A stretch of 58,585 nucleotides of DNA, counting the filler, from Squatina squatina (lineage: Eukaryota): the NCBI GenBank assembly GCA_031763465.1. It is 4 parts of 4 records of this genome, joined end to end, with 100 filler letters (N's around TTAATTAATTAA, not from the genome) between each part and the next. Parts side by side here need not be neighbours in the genome. Positions count along the whole stretch, not along the records: positions 1 to 13,202 come from JARFOE010000168.1; positions 13,303 to 27,169 come from JARFOE010000058.1; 2 more parts are not named here. One strand, given 5' to 3'. The notes below the pieces were generated by a model. The model was given only the letters and a program-made list of their open reading frames with translations, did not search any database and was not told where the DNA came from. The translations under genes were made by a program, and so were the position numbers. Below are positions 1 to 14,104 of the stretch, one piece after another; position 1 is the first letter of the stretch, and each line of letters starts with the position of its first letter.

Positions 1-1672
1 GGTTATTATTTTTGTTTGATGTTTTTAGATGCTGGTTGATTGCACTGGTTGGTTGTTACTGGCTGTTTATTTTAGGTTGGTCATTTCTAATCACTAATTG
101 GATGTTGCTGAGTGCTGCTTGGTTAATCGCTAACTGGTGGTTGTTAGCTTGAGCTAAAACGACCATAGCGCTGACGAAAACCTTATTCACAGAAGTTGAA
201 CTCTGTTTAATGGCGATGCCTCCTGCATATATAGATATATATATAGATATATATATTTTATAGAATGACTGTTGCATATTTCTCCTCTTTTCAGTGTAAG
301 AGGTCTTTTTTTATGTCATTTATGTTTAGATTTCACTGCTGCCTGCCAGGAATGCTGTGCAACAGTGCTTTTATTGCTACAATGTCTGGTGTGAAGGTAT
401 AAGTATCAGTGTTGAATAGCCCAGGCTATTTGACAGATTAATGAAGTGTACTAGAACCATCTGCTCTGAAATTAGCACAAGATAAGAATGCCCGTCCATA
501 GACTGGCAGTGCTTTTTGTAAATTTTCAGGTACAGCATGCTCCAGAAATCTTCTGAAATCCACATTGAACAAATATTTTGGCACCCAATTGGTTCTCCAG
601 TGCTGGCGCTAAATGGGCGTAGAACAGGCGTTAGGGGTCTAATGCCCGTTTTTAATGCTCAATTATAAGACGCAAAATTGGTGTCAGTTTATTGCTGCCG
701 CTAACTGGGCGCTCATGTGGGAGCGCTGAAAACGTGGCGCTGGATGTAAAATGGACTCTCTGACTTCANNNNNNNNNNNNNNNNNNNNNNNNNNNNNNNN
801 NNNNNNNNNNNNNNNNNNNNNNNNNNNNNNNNNNNNNNNNNNNNNNNNNNNNNNNNNNNNNNNNNNNNGAGAAATTTGAAGTCAGAGCAGCCCCGTTACA
901 GAAAAGATCAGAGACCTGTGATAGAACAAAGTCCGAGGGATATTTTTAGAGTTGTACCTATAGAAGTACACCCTTTTCCCTAAAGAGGATGATCTGGAAT
1001 CTCACTTATTTAGCCACGTTTCATAGGCTAGCTTACTGGGTATTAAAAACTCCATGAAAATAAAAGAGAAACTCCCCCAAATACATAAAATATGAACATC
1101 CTAACTCTGTGTTACCAGTCAATCTCTTTACCCTGGATTGTTTGGAGGTTACATCTGTTCCTTATTTAGGAAGTCAGTGAATTACTGACAGCGATGGTTT
1201 AATTTGGTCCCTTCGATCACACCTAGAATAACAAAACGTCAAGGCTATAATTCAACTGAAGGATACAGATGACATGAAAAACCCTGAGACTGAAGCTCGA
1301 CCAATTATGAACATAATCATAACCCTGAGACTGAATTACTGCCTTTAAGTCATTCAAGTTATTTTATATTAAATTACACCCCTATGTAAATATCTATCTG
1401 GAATGTGGGCAAGATCATATTTTCTTGTCCAATTTTCTTAATGATTTTTGTGGAGGATGTTGCATTTGGTTGCCTGCCCAGCTTCTTTGCCAAGAAATAA
1501 TACACAGCATCAGGAAATCGAGAAGAGAGAAAATGTTCACAATGGGGAGGAGATATGTATATATATTTTTTTTACCAAAAAGTTGTTTGCGTTATGAGGA
1601 AGAAAATGAAGGAGACATGACACCGAGGCTATTTCTATCCCGTCCCCCCATTATCCCCAATCAAACCCTACT

Positions 1673-1800
1673 TAGAATCAAAGAATCATAGAACCTTACA
1701 GTACAGAAGGAGGCCATTCAGCTTGTCGTGCCTCTTTGAAAGAGCTGTCCAATATAGTCCCAGATTTTCCCCCATAGCCCTGCAAATTAGTCCTCTTCTA
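1673..1800 (-). mobile_element. CR1-type LINE 3' tail
   Basis: agaatcatagaaccttacagtacagaaggaggccattcagc is the reverse complement of the same tail type. Confidence 0.75.
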
Positions 1801-4800
1801 GTGCTTCAATATGGAAATAGATATTATTGCATGAACATTACATTGCCAGTTACACCGACTTTAATGTACACATGGGACAAATGGACTGATGTCACCATAA
1901 TGCAGTTAGCAAAGCGTCTTATAAAATCAATTGACCCAAGTCAATTGAGTGCCAACCACGGCACTGCATCTCTTAGCAAAAGGAAGAAAGTTCTCAGACT
2001 CAGCATCTGTGCTAGGGAGCTCCACTGGCAGATGCCTCTGTTTGCTAAAAGATTGTTCCTCCTACAAAGCCTCTACCTCTGCAAACCTTCGGAACAGCAA
2101 CATATATAATAACGAATGCCATCAGCATGATGGAAACTGCATATTCTCTGTCAATGATCTATTGAAGCTGATAAATGCTTTTTAACCTCCTCTCGTTCCC
2201 CTCGCTGTACCTCTGCACTGTCCCACATATATAAAAAGAGATAGGGTAAGCCATTTTCAATTGATTAACTCAAAATACAACATATTGTTTGCAAAGTTTT
2301 AATGCAGTATATAAACATGTGGTATATACAGAATTACTATTGCAGCAGCTGTAAGATATAGGAAATAGTTCAACTGGTCTTGTCGAGGAGCACTTAACCC
2401 ACTCAGTCTTTAGACTGGTGAGTAATGATTCCTCGATGTGAATAACATTTCTATCCTCTATGCCCCATCAGTACTTGTATACATACCGTGTTAGCACTCT
2501 GTGTTATTGATAAAGTGTAGNNNNNNNNNNNNNNNNNNNNNNNNNNNNNNNNNNNNNNNNNNNNNNNNNNNNNNNNNNNNNNNNNNNNNNNNNNNNNNNN
2601 NNNNNNNNNNNNNNNNNNNNNNNNNNNNNNNNNNNNNNNNNNNNNNNNNNNNNNNNNNNNNNNNNNNNNNNNNNNNNNNNNNNNNNNNNNNNNNNNNNNN
2701 NNNNNNNNNNNNNNNNNNNNNNNNNNNNNNNNNNNNNNNNNNNNNNNNNNNNNNNNNNNNNNNNNNNNNNNNNNNNNNNNNNNNNNNNNNNNNNNNNNNN
2801 NNNNNNNNNNNNNNNNNNNNNNNNNNNNNNNNNNNNNNNNNNNNNNNNNNNNNNNNNNNNNNNNNNNNNNNNNNNNNNNNNNNNNNNNNNNNNNNNNNNN
2901 NNNNNNNNNNNNNNNNNNNNNNNNNNNNNNNNNNNNAGAAGATAAACCAAGCATGGCAATTACAACGCTGGTTACCACATGGAAAGACTGCAAAGGAAAT
3001 AGTGCCACTGTCCTAGCTTACAGTTCCATTGCCACATTGTCTACCACATGAATCATTAAAAGTAGACAAGACAAACAATGAAGTTCCCAACGTTCTGAAA
3101 GGGTATTTTCATATACCTATAATGCATTTATAAGGTTGTTGCATCCTATCTGACATCAGGTCCTGGATGAGCTAATTGGCTGCAGATGACGATCCGATGC
3201 AGCGCACTGATGTGCTGATACTGTCTGCAGTGGAGTGATGGGATTCAGTCCCACGCCCTCTGATTCCCCAACATGGTAGGGTCCTAGCTTCAATCAGGCT
3301 GATACTGGAGACACGGAGCAGATACAAGGTATTCCCCCATCAGGAGGGGAAAAGTGGAGGCTGAGCGAATCTGTGTCACACCACCCAGTGGTCAAATGCA
3401 GTGATGTAAGCAGAAATCCAGAAGCATGTCAGGGAATGCTGTGCAGAATTTGGCAATAAGCCTAAAAAGGCTGAGCGATTAACGAAATAAAAAGGAAAAG
3501 AAAAACATATAACTTCTTAAGTATTTTCAGAACGTGCCAAGAGCAATGTCCCTAGACTTCCTCCCACTCAATATAAATACTTAAATGAAGGAACTCAGCA
3601 CAAACTCTTAAGCTCTCAAAACCTACTGGGACAAATATGTTTGTGAGGTTTGCAGCAGTTAGTGCTTGACAAGTTCCATGCCATGGATAGGATTACTCTG
3701 CAGTGTTACCACATGAACCCTTCAATTCCTCACACTCACGTATGAGTACTTTCTGCCATCCGCCATTTTCCCATTTTGTTCCTCTCCATCAAGCAGTCAT
3801 CTCGTCCTCACCCTTATGTTGCTGGCACTCCTTCCTGCCCACTGCTTTCCATTCTGCCATCACTTCACTGAGCTCCCTTGATGCGAACAGTGTGGCCTAT
3901 AATCACAGGCCAAGCTGCGAATAGCACTGAGTCAAACAAACTGCTGCACGGACACTATCAAATCACTCACCAGTCCAGTTGTTCACGAGACACAGGATAC
4001 TATATTTAAAAAAATTAAAAAGCAGAAAAATGTTATTTTTGAAAAAAACACCAGGACAGGTGGAATAAAGATTTGCAGGCAGTGAATATAAATCCAGTGA
4101 TGAATTACAGAAAACAAATGAATGAGTGATGTGATTGATATAACTCAGTTGTGACTGCCAGTACCACCGAATTAATGGTTTACAATCCACAGTTGCCTAA
4201 TGTGTGTCCTCTATGATACTGTTCATATTTGTTACAAATACTCTTTCGTGTCATTGTTTTATTTTCAAGTTTGATATCTTGCTAACACATAAAAGGGTTG
4301 GTTTCTTATGAGGCAGCCATTGGCAGATTGAAAACATAGCTTTAAAAATGAGTCCTTGGCTTCTATTTCTGTCTCTGTAACATTCCATAAATGTACACGA
4401 CTGGTGTGTTATGCAGCAGAAATGTGGGCCGAGATCATTAATGCTGGATCTCCACTCACAATGCAGCTTGAAGTGAATTTCCAGCCAATGAAATGAATGG
4501 TGCAGAAAGTTCATGCCAGCAATAGGCGGGAGGCTCACTTTAATACAGTCATTAAGCAGGAGTTGGACCATTGAAACAATGAAGCCATTTTGCAGCATTT
4601 ATGTGGGAGGCATACTACATCTTAAATTTCCCCTTACAAATTGGGCATCCAGTGTTGATCAGCTGTGTCTTTCAACACAAAGTTGTTAAAGGGATGGCCT
4701 GCGAATTTAAGCTGAGCTTTCAAATCACTTTTTGATACTTTTGCTGTGTTTGGTTAACAATTTTTTCCCAACTCTCGCAGCAGAAAATTTTACATTAAAT

Positions 4801-6012
4801 GCGGATGGGATTGTATTTAGCTGTACACTGAGTTATACTTTATACACTGACAAAATATACATACAGGCACGACACAAACTCAGATTAAACTAACAGCTGA
4901 TGAAACACTTACCATTAAGTATGCTGTTGAAGTAGGGTTACGCAAACTCACATAACCACAGTGGCATTAAGTTATGAAGTCTACAAGTGACCAACACGAC
5001 AATCTGGCAGTGAAGAGAATTTTATGTGTGCTTTGCCAATTCTCAGGGGAGAACTTGTCCATCCATCAATCACCACAATATATATACCCCGGCTGATAGT
5101 GCTATAACAGAGCTGCACTAACAATGGCATTGGGCTCTAGTCTGACCATTTTCTCTCCGGCCTGAAGAAAGGAGGTCTGAAGCAAAAAGCTCAAATACCA
5201 TGAGGTGGAATCAGATGAGGGAAGTAACAGCTAAACAGACTAATTACTATAGAGTAATCGTTGCAAAAAAGACCATTAATCTGAAACTGGATAGCCTTTT
5301 CAGCTAAATATTTAAGGGCCCAAGGCAAGAGTCAGGGCAACTGTTTGCTCAACAAGTAAGCAATTGGTGAAGTAAACTTTCACAAACTCCTTTGGGGAAC
5401 ATGTAAAGAAACTCAAGAACCTTTATAGTCTGTAAATAGTTCCTGACAGAGATGAAATTACAGGCTATTAATGTTAGCTCTTGGCAATCATTGTGAATGA
5501 ATCACTGCAAGTTTATAGTTGCATATCTCCTAACTCTAATCTTTCATAAGGATACCATCATACATCGACTATATGGAGTATCTGGCCACCACTATCCACC
5601 ATTGGCAAAAGATGAGTGAAACCAACTAAAACAAGCCCACCAATTTCAAAGTCTGCATTTTAAAACTGACTAAAATACATCTCCAAGTATTAATCTTATC
5701 ATAGTGCTCAGATGGCAGTCACAAAGCCATCTTGTTGTTTATGACTGTCAGCTGACACCATCAATTGCCTAATAATCGTTACTGGGTACCTGAGCTATTC
5801 TGTTGGGGTGGGGTGAGGCAGAAGTTCCTCTTTTGAAAAGAAATCTATTACACTCGTGATAAACTAATTACACTACAAACTTAGCTATAGAACAGTACTC
5901 AAATTAATATCANNNNNNNNNNNNNNNNNNNNNNNNNNNNNNNNNNNNNNNNNNNNNNNNNNNNNNNNNNNNNNNNNNNNNNNNNNNNNNNNNNNNNNNN
6001 NNNNNNNNNNNN

Positions 6013-6529
6013 ATGTCGACACATAGCTCCAGTGACATCAAGCCTCCCTGCATGCCGAGGAATGGACTAGTCAAGATTCCAGCCCAGTCCAATGGATTAG
6101 GATCTGCCAGCATCACCAAAGGAACCCCTGCCGCTAAAAACCGACTGTGCCAGTCATCTTCTATTCCAACAGTGCTCCCACCACCTCTACCTAGCCACAG
6201 TGAACTGGCTTCAGTCGCACAGGCAGCGCACGTGCCATCATCATCTCTGTGCGGAGTGACTGACAGTATTCCACTGGTGGAACCAAACTCTGACGAGACC
6301 TTGCCAAGTACATGCCAGCCATCAGGGTCCAAAAGAAAACTGTCGATCTCTTCAATGGAAGGGCAATTGCCTATTTTGGATGAGAAGATCCTCAATCGAC
6401 TCTTCTGGTACTTTTCCTCTTGCGAGAGATGTGTTTTGGCACAAGTGTGTAAAGTATGGAGAAAGGTGTTGTACCAGGTCAAGTTCTGGGAAGGCATCAC
6501 CCCCATTCTTCATGCCAAGGAGCTGTATA
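6013..6529 (+). CDS. FBXL16: FBXL16 first coding exon (N-terminus and F-box), 3' part lost in a gap
   Basis: [26 protein letters not shown]...[50 protein letters not shown] closely matches recalled vertebrate FBXL16 ([44 protein letters not shown]). Bounded by N gaps on both sides. Confidence 0.96.
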
Positions 6530-7619
6530 NNNNNNNNNNNNNNNNNNNNNNNNNNNNNNNNNNNNNNNNNNNNNNNNNNNNNNNNNNNNNNNNNNNNNNN
6601 NNNNNNNNNNNNNNNNNNNNNNNNNNNNNCTGTTCCTATTTCTTATGGTCTATGGTCTTATGCACCTGGGATCCATAAATTCATCCAATTTATAACTCAC
6701 TCCTTTCGAAATGATCAAGCCAAGGCTTTGAGCACAAGAATAGTTCAAGACAAGAGGCTGTTGGGCAGCTTCAAACCTCAACACTCTTACGCTGTTCTCC
6801 CTGTAACAAAGGAGAGACTGCGGTCGATGCCGGATGGTGCTAAGGGGGCAGTCACAAAGAAGATGTATACTTTTACATCTGTAAATATCCTGGGCACCAG
6901 TATGAGTCACCACTGACCGAATCGCCATACATTGTCTCTCAAATACGTTGGGTATGTGGGTGATGATGTCCATGATGTTGAGATTTCTTTCCTAGGGCTG
7001 TTAGCCATCTCATTCACATAAAGCATGTTCCATTGGTCTAAGCTTGACTTGTCAGATGGACAAAAGTCCGGGATGGCTCCAGTAGTTCCCATCAATTTGC
7101 TGACCATAAATGGTCAGTGACAAAAAGGCCATTCAGTTTATCCCTTTAGTACCTTTCAAAGGGGATAAGGGGGAAGGGAACTCAAAGTCTTTCGTAAACA
7201 CATAGGCCAAGAGCTACTGCTTTGTGTGCAACTGACCATCCGGATACAAATTGCAGTAAAAATTGTGTTCGTTTTGCAAAGTGAATTTTTTGCTCAAGCT
7301 TCCACTCAAACTCATTTACATATCATTGAACGTAAAATGCTGTGAACCAGCATAATTGGGCAGCATTTTAGAACGTCATTTTGAAAACATATGGTATTAA
7401 AATATATTCCTTGATATATTTAACAGTGGTAACCTGGTGCAGTTTTATTAATATAGCTGAAAATGGGCTTATCACAAAAAATAACCAGTTTTACTCGAGT
7501 GTTTCGTCTGCCACTTGCGAGTAATCCAATCTTAAATAATTGAAAACATCTTTAAAAGACTGTAAGGGACCATTTACTAGTAACTTTGATGTACAGTAGT
7601 CAGTTTCTTGGTAAATTAT

Positions 7620-8281
7620 GGGGGTGAAATTATATAGCGCCCTGTTTGGGGTGATAACTTCCAGCAAGGAAATGCTACACTAAATCAAGTGCGACCACTT
7701 TCCTTGGAGTGCTAAAGTCAGCAAGAAGGGCAGTAGCGGTGCAGCACTACCCACTGTCGAGGGCAGTACTGCCGGGATCATAGGCTTCTTCCATCCCTTA
7801 AAGGGACGGGCCATTGCTGCAGGCTCTGCATTTCAACAATGTCCCTCGTTGCAGACAGCAGCCGCGATTAGCCCCAAGCACTCTAATAGAGGGCAGGGCT
7901 GATCAATTGTGGCGCTTCAAAATTTCAAAACACAACCTAAGGGATGAAAAAAAAAATGTTATGCACACAAGCAGCCTTACCTTTAGTTACCATTTCCCAA
8001 GCAGGCGGCCTCCCGAACGATGCTTCCTGCAGCTGCCGGTGTTAAGGGGCGGAACTAAAGTTCGGGACCTGAACGCTACTGGGGCGATGAGCAGCACGAT
8101 GATGTCATAATCTCCGAGCGCAGGAACTCGTGGCGCTGGGGTTACTGCCATCGCAAACCTCCAGGGGAATTTAGCAGGCGTCAGTACTCTCGCCGCGCCC
8201 GGGCACAGAGCTGTTAGTGCTTCGTTATCGCGTCCCTGGAGGCACTAAGGGGGAGGCACAAACGAGGCCAATTTCCAGCCC
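7620..8281. mobile_element. Apparently complete ~660-bp Harbinger-type MITE in the FBXL16 intron
   Basis: Imperfect TIRs gggggtgaaatt ... aatttccagccc (9/12); GC/CpG-rich body in AT-rich surroundings; internal cccttaaaggg palindrome. Confidence 0.65.
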
Positions 8282-9298
8282 TNNNNNNNNNNNNNNNNNN
8301 NNNNNNNNNNNNNNNNNNNNNNNNNNNNNNNNNNNNNNNNNNNNNNNNNNNNNNNNNNNNNNNNNNNNNNNNNNNNNNNNNNCATAGTGCGGGCGCAAAA
8401 CAGATTCTGTGCACTTGTGGCAAAGCACCTAATCCCCTGCTTGGTAACTGGTAAAATAGCCATGCAGCTGCATGGAGTGGGTGTAAGGAAGGGATGTCCT
8501 GTTTGACACTTCAGGGCGTCCGCCTCAGAGTGTAACAGTGCACCATCCCAGGGAAATCTGACCATAGATGATCAATAAGTAGTGATTGGATGTGATTTAT
8601 ATATAATTTGTGCCATTGACCATAACTAATGATTCTTTTCGTAGAGACGAATCTACCATGTCAGCCCACTTATGGGATACGAATCACATCCCACAGGTTT
8701 GCATAATGCATATCCTACATCAAGCACCCAGTGAACATTTGGATGCATGACCAGATAACCAGCGCTAATTGGTTAGGATATTAAAAGGCTGTAATGCAGT
8801 CCCAGAGATACAATGAAATTATTAGCCACTTAGGCTTTGCTCTTGAAGTCTGACATCACCTGAACTCTTGTATTCCAGCTGTATAAATTGCAGCCAGCTT
8901 TTGTTCTGTATTTCAGGTTAAATCACAAAATATGACAGGACGACTGCGCTGTGTATGCCTTATGCAATTGCGATTTGAGTCAGAAACCCAAATTTGCAAA
9001 GATTGTCCTCTTGGTTGATTCTGCTGATTACGGTTGACTAAATTAAATGCCACGAGGAAATCGTCTATGTTGGAAAAATAAATCATTTTGATTAAAAAGA
9101 AATTAAAACGTTCTCATCCTTTCATCTGTCCTGGGGAACAGTGCATTATGTCTGATTGCTGAGATGGAACTGGGGGCCCAATTCATTTCTTGGTCCCATT
9201 AAATAAGCGCCTGGCCGATTTAAAGTGATTGGGATATGCAGGTAAGGAATCATTACTACAGTATTTTATACATTCTCTTCACTCTTTCCGTTTCCTAG

Positions 9299-9910
9299 GT
9301 AATGTTGGAGCAGATGCAGGGACTCGCCCATCTGGAGCTCTCAGGCTGCAACGACTTCACAGAAGCAGGCCTCTGGTCCAGCCTTAATGCACGGATTACC
9401 TCCCTGAGCGTTAGCGACTGTATCAACGTGGCGGATGATGNNNNNNNNNNNNNNNNNNNNNNNNNNNNNNNNNNNNNNNNNNNNNNNNNNNNNNNNNNNN
9501 NNNNNNNNNNNNNNNNNNNNNNNNNNNNNNNNNNNNNNNNATGCCATCGCCGCCATTTCGCAGCTGTTGCCGAACCTAACTGAGCTGAATTTGCAGGCCT
9601 ATCACGTGACGGACACGGCCATGGCCTATTTCACTGCCAAGCAGGGATACACAACGCACACGCTGCGCCTGAACTCCTGCTGGGAGATCACCAATCATGG
9701 TGTGGTGAACATGGTGCACAGCCTGCCCAACCTCACTGCTCTCAGCCTCTCCGGCTGCTCCAAGATCACCGACGATGGCGTGGAACTGGTAGCGGAGAAC
9801 TTGCGGAAGCTGCGCAGCCTGGACCTGTCGTGGTGTCCACGCATCACTGACATGGCGTTGGAGTATATTGCTTGTGATCTTCACAAGCTAGAGGAGCTGA
9901 TATTGGACAG
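9299..9910 (+). CDS. FBXL16: FBXL16 leucine-rich-repeat exon (interrupted by a false 100-N gap at 9441-9540)
   Basis: Acceptor tttcctAG at 9297-9298, donor GTag at 9911. Encodes [71 protein letters not shown]...[13 protein letters not shown], near-identical to recalled FBXL16 LRRs. Confidence 0.97.
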
Positions 9911-12269
9911 GTAGACCAAAGGCTACATCTGCATTGATATTAATAATGTAGACAGTTCATAGGTTACAGTAAGACATATTGATTTGGTATCTGGTAACTC
10001 ATGCAGTAAAGCAATGCACAATGTGAATCTCCACATATAAGAATGAAGACCCATGTAAGCACCAGATTGCAGGGTCTTCAACTTCTNNNNNNNNNNNNNN
10101 NNNNNNNNNNNNNNNNNNNNNNNNNNNNNNNNNNNNNNNNNNNNNNNNNNNNNNNNNNNNNNNNNNNNNNNNNNNNNNNNNNNNNNCCAGGGGACTTGTC
10201 AGCCTTTGGTCCCATTATTTTGCCTAGTACTTTTTCTCTGGTGATAATGAATGTATTTATTTCATTTATATATGTATAATATTCTACAGCAGAAGATAGG
10301 AGACAATATCAGAGTTACCTTAATATCATTGCAGTGGGTGAGATCACAGTTTTCAAAAGGAGTCTAACTCAACCTTGTACAACATTCATCTGATGACTTT
10401 TGAGTAGAAGTTGTAAATTGCAACAGCCATATGATTACTCCAGATAATATACTGAAAGTGTCGCAAAAATCTTAAATGAACTTACACTTTTATACAACAA
10501 ATTGCATTGTGATATGTCAGAATATCAACGATAATGCACCTACACAGCTTTAGCAAGAACAAATTCTCCACTTCTTACAGATTAAATTGAAGATTATTGA
10601 GCGAAAGTGACTATTAGTGTAGTGACAATCTGAAGTACATTTGGGCTCCGAATGAAGAGATCTGTCCGACTGATCTGTGAGAAGAGCTCTACATTTTCAC
10701 TTTTTTATTTTTGAAAATTTTTCCCAAGAATTTTCTGAGGTTTATTTTTGTACAAGAGTTCTACCTTTTTATTTGTTTTGTGCTGACTGTAAAGGGACAG
10801 CAGCAGCATGAAACCTCATTATGTGTTGTCCTGGTGATGATAGAAAATAGTCCCACAAGGAAGTAGAGCCACACTGATGTTATCACATAGCTCGAGAAGC
10901 TCCAGCTCTTTTATAATGCTATATATTTCACAAGGCAGAAATGCAGTAGACCACAAAATCATTTTACCTGCCCTTTTGTTTTAAGAGCAAAATTTTAAAA
11001 ATCCAAATGTCTCGTGCTATAATTCAAGCCCGGGGATTTACTTTGTTTTTTTCCCCCCTCTTAAATGTGAAATTGATTCCCTGACAATGGAGCCTATCGG
11101 GTACGCATTGCTATGTATTATTCAAATGTTGTCCTCCTTTGATGTTCATAAAGCCCGCTAACTACAGAGCTGCTCCTTGGTGCTCCTTGCAGACGAATTG
11201 CGTTCGCAGCAGGGAATCAATCTGCCTCAGTACTCTCACTTTAACTTTAATTAGAAATGTGAGACTGTGTAGCAGCCGATGAAATAATGATGAACGATCT
11301 CGTTTCACAATAAATGAGGTCACACTAGCGGCAGCTTTCCTCATGCATAATGGGAACCTGTTTTGTGTGTTGGGCAGACAAGTGATTGATTGACGACCCC
11401 ACCCATATGTCTCAAGTTTTTCCTGGGTTTCTAACCCCTCCCACACCAGTGACTGTAACCGATGAGCACTTTAATGATATAGTCCTGACAATGCATTGAT
11501 TGTATCCTCTCGGTTCATACACCGAGCATTAAGGTANNNNNNNNNNNNNNNNNNNNNNNNNNNNNNNNNNNNNNNNNNNNNNNNNNNNNNNNNNNNNNNN
11601 NNNNNNNNNNNNNNNNNNNNNNNNNNNNNNNNNNNNGTTTCTGATTCTCATGCTAGTTTTTCGTGTGTTTTATGTAAAAAAAAACACCTCAAGAACACAG
11701 AATCCCTGTTTACAACCGCGTGCCAGTCACAGCAAGTTGTAACCCTTGTTCAGCATTTCTGTCATTGAATAAGATGTGAGTGCCCCCTGCTGTCGGGATC
11801 TGTTTACACTCGAGCCCATTCTGTTTGGTCATTCATATTTGTTGCTGTGAGGATTGTGCTGAGAAAACGGACATAAAAGGCACTAATAGCACAAGGTTAG
11901 TGTTTGAATAATGTTGGTAATAATTATCTCCTTAGAGAATACAATGCGTCCAGTCACTGATTAAATTCTGCCCTCTGGGCACAGGAATGGTATGCGTAAA
12001 ATTATAAACAAGATTTTGGCTTCATGTTTTCTTGGTATTTTTCTTCCCATACTCTTTCCCTCCTTCCTGTCCACTATCCTCCTCAAGCAGGTCAGCAGTC
12101 AAGAAACATTCCACGAGAGCACTGCTGGGAGCCAGAGTCCTTGTTGTAGCAACACAGGCAAGGAAAGCTGCACTATGACTAAAGAAACTATTTATCTTCA
12201 GAATGCCATCCTCTTGTCTCTTGTGCCGAGCAGCAGTTTAATAACAATTGCAAATACCAGTCCAATCCT

Positions 12270-12332
12270 TGGCTGTCCAAACTATGGCCTGTGGGCCAAA
12301 TCCATCCGTCAAGTTTAGTTATCTGGCCACAT
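12270..12332 (+). mobile_element. Possible hAT-Charlie-type MITE end
   Basis: tgtccaaactatggcctgtgggccaaatccatcc resembles the recalled Charlie subterminal tgtccaaactacggcccgcgggccaaatccggcc with CpG decay. Confidence 0.4.
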
Positions 12333-12837
12333 TGGTGCCCTGGTCCCCGGATGCTTCATTTTCTATTTTAACTAGATTTGTTCCACTGCTAGGCTTACCT
12401 TATTGAACTTCTAATACAACTGGTAATCCCACTTAGTTACCTGTCCTGCCGTAACTTGTACTGCCTTTCCTTCTCTCACTCGCATTGCTTCTCCAGTCAC
12501 CACGAGCTCTGCCTCTACTAGAAATTTGTAGGAAAGAAGGAACAAATTCTTCAAATCTCTAGTCTTATTTGAGCTTTATTAGTTGTGTACTCAACAATCT
12601 ACTTGCAGCGACATGATTCATGCCCCCAGCATTTCTAAATAGTAAATTTCAGTAGATTTGTGAGCATGCTTTACTAAATCCACATTGGCTTCTTTTTTTT
12701 AAAGCTTCAGGGCTTATATGATGAACATTCCTGACATCCCATAAATGTTGTTGATTTGTTTTCCCCAAGAGGGATGCAAAGATAACTTGCTCATTCTTGG
12801 AATCATATTTCACTGCTTTTTGAGTTTCAGGATATCT

Positions 12838-13202
12838 ACAACAGCAATGACTTGCATTTATTTAGTAGCTTTGAAATCCAAATCATCCCCAGGCACTTTA
12901 GAGAAAGGAGAGGAATGGATGGCAAGCCATGGGAGATAGGTTAGCAGAGTTGACAGAAGGCTAGTTTGAAAAGAGAGGTTTTGAGAAGGTTTTCAAGAAG
13001 AGGGCCCAAAAGTCAAGAGGTAGCAGGCTTTAAGAAGTCAAGCTGAGGCTGAGTCAATCTCAGTGGTGGGGCAGAGGGAAGGGGGATGTGCAGAATTATA
13101 AAGCTGAACTGTGCAGGAGGGGATGCGAGGCTGGAGGAGGTTGCAGACGCGGTGGAAGCAAAGCTGTGGAGCAACTCAAAGACAACGACAAAGATTTTAA
13201 AT
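12838..13202 (-). mobile_element. Old L2 LINE 3' region
   Basis: caacagcaatgacttgcatttat tail followed by purine-rich L2-like sequence (ggctggaggaggttgcaga...gattttaaat). Similar copy at 51340-51680. Confidence 0.6.
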
Positions 13203-13302
13203 NNNNNNNNNNNNNNNNNNNNNNNNNNNNNNNNNNNNNNNNNNNNTTAATTAATTAANNNNNNNNNNNNNNNNNNNNNNNNNNNNNNNNNNNNNNNNNN
13301 NN
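13203..13302. other. Artificial scaffold linker (44N-TTAATTAATTAA-44N)
   Basis: TTAATTAATTAA at 13247-13258 (stops in all six frames) centred in exactly 100 positions. Confidence 0.97.
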
Positions 13303-14104
13303 ACTACTCAATGTCCTCTTGAGGCGGAGGGGAGAAAATCCGTGAGAGGGAAAAGAAACGAGTGCTAATACCTGTCAAATTGTTAAAGAAAATTACATTT
13401 ACAAAAGGATAAAAAAAGAGGCCGTCCAAGCAATGTGTGAATGTTGGGGAGGTGCAGGAATGTGATGCAGTGGCGAGCACACTATCCTTTCACCTGCTGG
13501 ACCTGGTCTTGACAGAGAGGATCTGTGGTAGGAATGGAAACTGCACAATGAGAGAAAATGGAGAGCAATAGGAAGTGAATTCATTAACCTTAGTGTCTCG
13601 AGATATTTTAAAATGATCATGCCTGCGCTCCCTTTTGAATAAGGGAAGAAAAAAACCCAAAAGACAATCAGAACTGTGCAGCTCAAGGAACTAATTAAAA
13701 CATACAATTTCTGCATTGGCACTCCTGTCGCGAAGCACTGCCTACTTTTAATGATGAAAAATCAGGAGCCACTTGCAGTGATTTTCTGATATAGGTCTCA
13801 ATTATCCAAAGCTTCACACTGGGGGGCACAAAATGTGCCCTTAAAAGTAGAGCCCATTCACTGCCACCTCCTTTTATTGGGCCTACCTCCCTTAATTTTC
13901 TGTAATACTCTCTCAACACTTTCATTTTCAAATTCTGTACCACCGCCAGCCTCCTTCCCTGTCTCAGATTTAACCCGAATTTGAAACCCCTGCATTCTGT
14001 TTGACCCCGAGCTGAGCTTCCGACTTGATACCCTCTTCATGACCACCTCTGACCTATTGGCTGTCTCTTGTGAGAAGGCGCTGAATGTTACACCCTTCGA
14101 AGGA

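Noticed and set aside
1280-1335. 15-bp direct repeat aaccctgagactgaa (1280-1294, 1321-1335)
   Set aside because: Only two copies; a small local duplication with no sign of function.
6630-7110. ORFs continuing from the FBXL16 exon across the gap
   Set aside because: Translations do not match the expected FBXL16 continuation or any family I recognise; treated as intron.
13247-13258. TTAATTAATTAA as a biological motif (homeodomain site or piggyBac TTAA)
   Set aside because: Occurs three times, each centred in exactly 44+44 N; it is a six-frame-stop assembly linker.
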